DNA from: Chiloscyllium plagiosum
Taxonomy: Eukaryota
Reading direction: 5' to 3'
NCBI RefSeq assembly: GCF_004010195.1
Contig: NC_057718.1
Location: 84,191,730 to 84,232,893, forward strand
Length of the DNA: 41,164 bases
The number at the start of each line of letters is the position of its first letter. Position 1 is the stretch's first letter. The position numbers and the translations under genes were made by a program. Under the pieces are notes generated by a model. It worked only from the letters and a program-made list of their open reading frames with translations, did no database searches and was not told the origin of the DNA. Below, piece by piece: positions 36,240 to 41,164 of this stretch.

Positions 36240-37540
36240 AACATTCATCTACATAGTTCCTTTCAGGTAATAAAACATCCTAAAATGCTTCACTTGAATT
36301 TTATGAAGTGAAATTTGACATTTAACCATGTAAGGAGGTATTAGGTCAGATAGTCAAAAAGCTTGGTCAAGGAATGCCTCTGGGAAGAAAGGTGGAGATG
36401 TTGAGAGAGACAGTTTCAGAGCTTAGAGCCCTGGCAGCTGAAGGCAAGGCAATTAATTGTGAAACAAAACCAGGAATGTTCAGAAGGCCAAAATTAAATG
36501 ACTGCAGATATTTCAGATGTCGTAAGGACTCTTGTGGCACAGTGGCAATATCTCTACCTCTGGACTAGGAGATTCAGGCTCAATTCCCACCTGCTCCAGA
36601 GGTATGTAATAGCATCTCTGAACAGGTTGACTAGAAAATATCTATTTCAGATGATTTTGTGCCAGAGGAAATTACAGAGATGGGGGTGAAAATATCTGAA
36701 AATAAGGATACGAATTGTAAAGTCAAGACATTGCCTGATCAGGAGTCAATATAGAAAGCAATGGATTAAAAATACATATAGAAATAAGGAGATGGGCAAA
36801 CTTCTGTATGACCTCAAACTGACACAGGATAGAATCTGAAATCTAGCAGGGACATGATGGAATAGTCAAGTGTAGGGATAGCAAAGGTATGGATGAGGGA
36901 TTTCCACAGACATGCTGAAACAAGGACACAGTCTGGCAATATCATGGAGATAGAATAGGCAGGTTAGTAATGACATGGAAATGGAGTTGAAAGCTCATCT
37001 TGGGGTCAAATGTGACATCAAGATTGCACACAGTCCTGTTCTGTAAAATTATAGACAATGACTTTTGTATTTCTAATAGTTAATTCGAGGAAATTTCTAA
37101 TTTCTTATGATTAATTCTGATGTCAGCTCAGCAGGTTGAAAATTTAGCAGATGGGAAGGTGATGGTGAGGCAGAGCTGGATTTCATCAGTGTATATATGA
37201 AAACGATTGCTGCACATTCAGAACATTTTGCCAAAGTACAGCATGTAGATAAGAAACAAGACAGGCCAAAGATAGATCTTTATAGAACAGAAATATTGTT
37301 GCAAGAGTGAATGAGAAGCTGCGATTAGATAGATAAGAATGGAATTAACTTAAGTGGGTTTTATCCAATTTGTTGCCAGTGGAGAGGATTAAAAGAGAAT
37401 GGTGTGGGCAATCCTGTCCAGGTCTGCAAAACAGGTTGAGAAGGATTAGGATGACATCACATGATGCTATTTGTGACTTTGGCAAGAGCCATTTTGGCAC
37501 TGTGACAGGTGGAAACCAAGACATAATTCCTCTGATTTGG
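36240..37540 (-). mobile_element. L2-like LINE relic
   Basis: The - strand at ~37170-37198 reads HIYTDEIQLC (YADDTQLY-like). An L2-type 3' end lies near 36240-36400. Confidence 0.6.
36520..36642 (+). mobile_element. Short tRNA-derived SINE with 11-bp TSD, nested in the L2 relic
   Basis: TGGCACAGTGG and GGCTCAATTCCC boxes. TATTTCAGATG at 36509-36519 and 36643-36653. Confidence 0.8.
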
Positions 37541-37744
37541 ACTTATTGAAACAGTGGGTATCTCAAGTAGGACAAGTGATGTTTGCCCATTACATTTTAG
37601 TAGCACAGGACCTGGTAGGTCCAGGCACATTGGAGATAGGGAAAACATAGTGAAGATGTTTCCACTCAAATGGAAGACCCAAACTAAGGGCTATAACTGG
37701 GATGATCGCTTACAAACCCAATAAGGAATTCCCCAGAGTGCACT

Positions 37745-38372
37745 TAGAGTCATAGAGATGTACAGCATGTACTTCGGTCCAACCCGTCCATGGCCACCAG
37801 ATATCTCAACCCAGTCTAGTCCCACCTGCCAGCACCCAGCCCATATCCCTCCAAACCCTTCCTATTCATATACCCATCCAAATGCCTCTTAAATGTTGCA
37901 ATTGTACCAGCCTCCACCACTTCCTCCATACACGTACCACCCTCTGTGTGAAAACTTTTATATCTTTCCCCTCTCATCCAAAACCTATGCCCTCGAGTTC
38001 TGGACTCCCCGACCCCAGGGAAAAAGACTTTGCCTATTGACCCTATCCAGATCCCTCAATTTTGTAAACCTCTATAAGCACACCCCTCAGCCTCCGACCA
38101 AGGTCTCTTTGTTCAGCAACACTCCCCAGGACCTTACCATTAAGTGTATAAGTTCTGCTAAGCTTTGCTTTCCCAAAATGCAGCACCTCGCATTTATCTG
38201 AATTAAACTCCATCTGCCACTTCTCAGTCTATTGGCCCACCTAGTCAAGATCCTGTTGTAATCTGAGGTAACCCTCTGCGTTGTCCACTACACCTCCAAT
38301 TTTCGGGTCATCTGCAAACTTACTAACTGTACCTCTTATGCTCGCAACCAAATCATTTATGTAAGTGACAAG
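37745..38372 (-). mobile_element. CR1 (HER1-like) 3' fragment with internal deletions
   Basis: Reverse complement is similar to 10200-11120: GTCATCTGCAAACTTACT encodes SKFADD, and the tail is TAGAGTCATAGAG. Confidence 0.85.
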
Positions 38373-38500
38373 ATGCAGTAAGTACAAATATATTTAAGGG
38401 GGAGCTACAAATATGAGAGAAAAGTTAATAAAATGTTTTGTTGATAGTTTTAGAAAAAAATAGGGTGGAGTTTCAAGAGATGATATCAAATTTCACTTGC

Positions 38501-38628
38501 CTTCCTGATACAGGGTCGACCGTAAAGACCCAACCTTGGTAAGTATTTTTTTCATCTGCAGTGACTTTTACTTCTTTGTTCAGATATTTTTCCCATTCCA
38601 AAGGTTTTTGTGTAATCCATTCATTCAT
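38501..38628 (-). CDS. GEMIN6: GEMIN6 first coding exon (Sm-like domain)
   Basis: ATG at 38628. Translates MNEWITQKPLEWEKYLNKEVKVTADEKNTYQGWVFTVDPVSG, with donor AG|GCAAGT. Probable upstream acceptor ttttgatag starts the exon at 38654. 128 + 385 nt gives 170 aa plus stop. Confidence 0.93.
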
Positions 38629-38999
38629 ATTCACAGTACACCTGCTTTTCCAATCTATCAAAACACAAAAATATACAAATCATAAAACACTGCACTCTTC
38701 ATATCATTATGAGAGATCTTTGTGAACTGTAACATATTTTCTTCAAGTAAAAATCTGAAAATAGAATACATTCACTCAATCATTAAATCCAAAAGCCATG
38801 TACATTCATTCCAAATGAAGCATCATAAAATTAAAGGAAATAAAAGTGTGTTAAATGTAATATACTTTTTTTCTCAAATTAAACAGCTCGTCCCCTTTCA
38901 GGCCTTCAAAATCCTGAAGAACAAGAGAATAAGAAACCATTCAACACATTATAGAAACCAACTCTTCAGACAGTGCTATTGGGACTGCCACTAAACAAA

Positions 39000-40480
39000 G
39001 GAACAGCCCCTGGTGAAAGCGGAAGTTTCCCAATAGCAATTACAACGGGGATGGAGTAGATGGAGTTTAAAAATCAACAAATTAGAAAAGCGGGTAATGC
39101 AATAATCGGACAGGAGTTTACTCTTAAATAATTTGGTTTTCCAAGTCCTGTTAAGTAATTTTGAAGTTTGAGCATCTGAGGTATTTTCTAAAACTACTAG
39201 AAACAGACTATTTTAAATCTAATTTTGTGTAATGAGAAAAGATGAATAATCCTAAAGTTAAGGAACCTCTGGAGAAGAGTGATCAGGATGACAGAACTTG
39301 AGAGTTACGTATTCAAGTTTGAAACTAGGATCTTTATTAAAGCTACGAATTTGTGTATGAGGCAGCAAGTTGGCTAAATTAGGAACTAGATTAAAAGATA
39401 TGATTGCCAATGAGCAATGACAAATATTTAAATAAGCATGTCATAATTGTGAACAAGTATTCATTTCCTTACAAAATAAGTCTCCTCAGGAAAAGTGGTT
39501 CAACAGCAGCGAGAAGTTAAGGATAGTAATAGCTTTAAAGAAAACTTCCAATATTGTCAAGCCTCATGAAAAGCAGTAAAGGATGACACAGGAATAGAAA
39601 AAGGGGAAAAAAACTAAAATGAATATTAACAAGGAATATAAAAACAGAATGTAGAGGCTTTAATTAATATGCAAAAATGATAGACTAACAAAAATGAAAC
39701 ATGACACAAACAGGAGAAATTATAGTGGTGTTAAGATATAATTAAAAATTAATATATTATATAGCACATCAACACTTCAAAAAAGTTCATTTCACTGAAA
39801 TAAAGTGACAGAAACTCTCATTAAAATAGTTGCCAATTTACATCAGTACACAGCCATATTCTGTTCTATACAGACACAGGGGCTGTGAAAGTCTCAACAG
39901 AGATAATAATCCTAGTTCCAAGGACTATTTCTTGTTCTTTTTTAAAAATCATTTGCAGGATGAGGGCATTGCTCGCTGAGCCAGCATCTATTGCCCAAAG
40001 GACAGTTAAAAGTCAACTACTTTGCCAGACCATGTAAGGATGGCAATTTTCTTCCATAAATAATTTCCAGATGGATTTTCCAACAATCAGCAATGGATTC
40101 ATGGTCATCATTAGATTCTTAATTACAGATTTTTAAATCAAATTCAAATTCCATAATCTGCTGTGACAGGATTCAAACCTGGGTCCCTAGAACATTACCT
40201 GGGTCTCTGGATTAACAATCCAACAATATTACCACAAGGTTGTCACCTTCTCTACAGGTTAACAACACATTGAGACAAGCATCTAAATTCAAGTATTGGA
40301 AACAGGACATTTTAAAAACAAAAATCATCACATTAGCCATTGTACTTTATTGCCAAAATTAAAAAGTGGTGTGCCACAGAGATCAATGCTTGGGGCTCAA
40401 CTTTCTACAATTTATAAAATTGAATTGGATAAGGGAACCAAAGATATGCTAAATTTGCTGATAGCACAAAGATAGTCTAA
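39000..40480 (+). mobile_element. Very old CR1 relic, interrupted by a SINE
   Basis: SGVPQRSMLGAQLSTIY and AKFADSTK-like remnants at 40364-40472. The upstream part is AT-rich and heavily decayed. Confidence 0.5.
39938..40250 (-). mobile_element. tRNA-derived SINE with the tail of the 23320 LINE family
   Basis: GGATTCAAACCTGGGTC is a B box on the - strand. GCCAGCATCTATTGCCC is the reverse complement of the GGGCAATAAATGCTGGC tail. Confidence 0.7.
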
Positions 40481-40554
40481 AACAAAGAAGCTGAGTCCTT
40501 CATGATAACCTCACCCAGCGTGGCAAGTGAACCAAATTATTGGCTAAACTTAAA

Positions 40555-41164
40555 AATCTCTTCATAGCCAACTGCCACCGCGACATTAACCATCTCAACC
40601 TCTCCACCCCTCTCACCCACTCCAACCTATCACCCTCAGAACGTGCAGCCCTCCACTCCCTCCGTTCCAACCCCAACCTCACTATCAAACCGGCAGACAA
40701 GGGAGGCGCGGTAGTACTTTGGCAGACCGACCTTTACACCGCTGAGGCTAAACGCCAGCTCGCGGACACCTCCTCCTACTGCCCCCTTGACCATGACCCC
40801 ACCTCCCACCACCAAAACCATCATCTCCCAGAACATCCATAACCTCAGCACCTCAGGGGATCTCCCATCCACCGCCTCCAACCTCATAGTCCCACAACCC
40901 CGCAATGCCCGTTTCTACCTCCTGCCCAAAATCCACAAACCTGACTGCCCCGGCCAACCCATTGTCTCAGCATGCTCCTGCCCCACCGAACTCAGCTCTG
41001 CATACCTCGACACTGTCCTGTCCCCCTTAGTCCAAGAACTTCCCACCTACGTTCGGGACACCACCCATGCCCTCCACCTCCTCCATGATTTTCGCTTCCC
41101 CGGTCCCCAATGCCTTATCTTCACCATGGACATCCAGTCCCTATACACCTCCATCCCCCATCAC
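40555..41164 (+). mobile_element. Penelope-like retroelement RT region, continuing beyond the window
   Basis: SNLSPSERAAL..LRSNPNLTIKPADKGGAVV, then after one frameshift RFYLLPKIHKPDCPGQPIVS...FTMDIQSLYTSIPH. Confidence 0.9.

Overview
Vertebrate genomic DNA, most likely from a shark or other elasmobranch (inferred from HE1/V-SINE, DeuSINE, CR1 and Penelope-type repeats). It holds two convergent protein-coding genes. On the + strand are the last 10 coding exons of DHX57 (DExH-box RNA helicase; motifs V and VI, then the C-terminal HA2/OB region; stop at 28672-28674). On the - strand is the complete 170-aa coding region of GEMIN6 (SMN complex), in two exons joined by a GC-AG intron. Most of the remaining sequence is intron or intergenic DNA filled with retroelement relics, and most ORFs in the supplied track are spurious or repeat-derived. 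I see no new protein-coding system. The most interesting unannotated structures are: several small fold-back elements, most flanked by target-site duplications (TSDs), that appear to derive from Penelope-like pseudo-LTRs, some with hammerhead-ribozyme core remnants; two probable endogenous-retrovirus solo LTRs, each antisense to its host gene; a ~120-bp tRNA-derived SINE family with TSDs; and a nested Tc1/mariner-type MITE. Repeat family names come from recognition, not database searches, and repeat boundaries are approximate unless a TSD or TIR is given.
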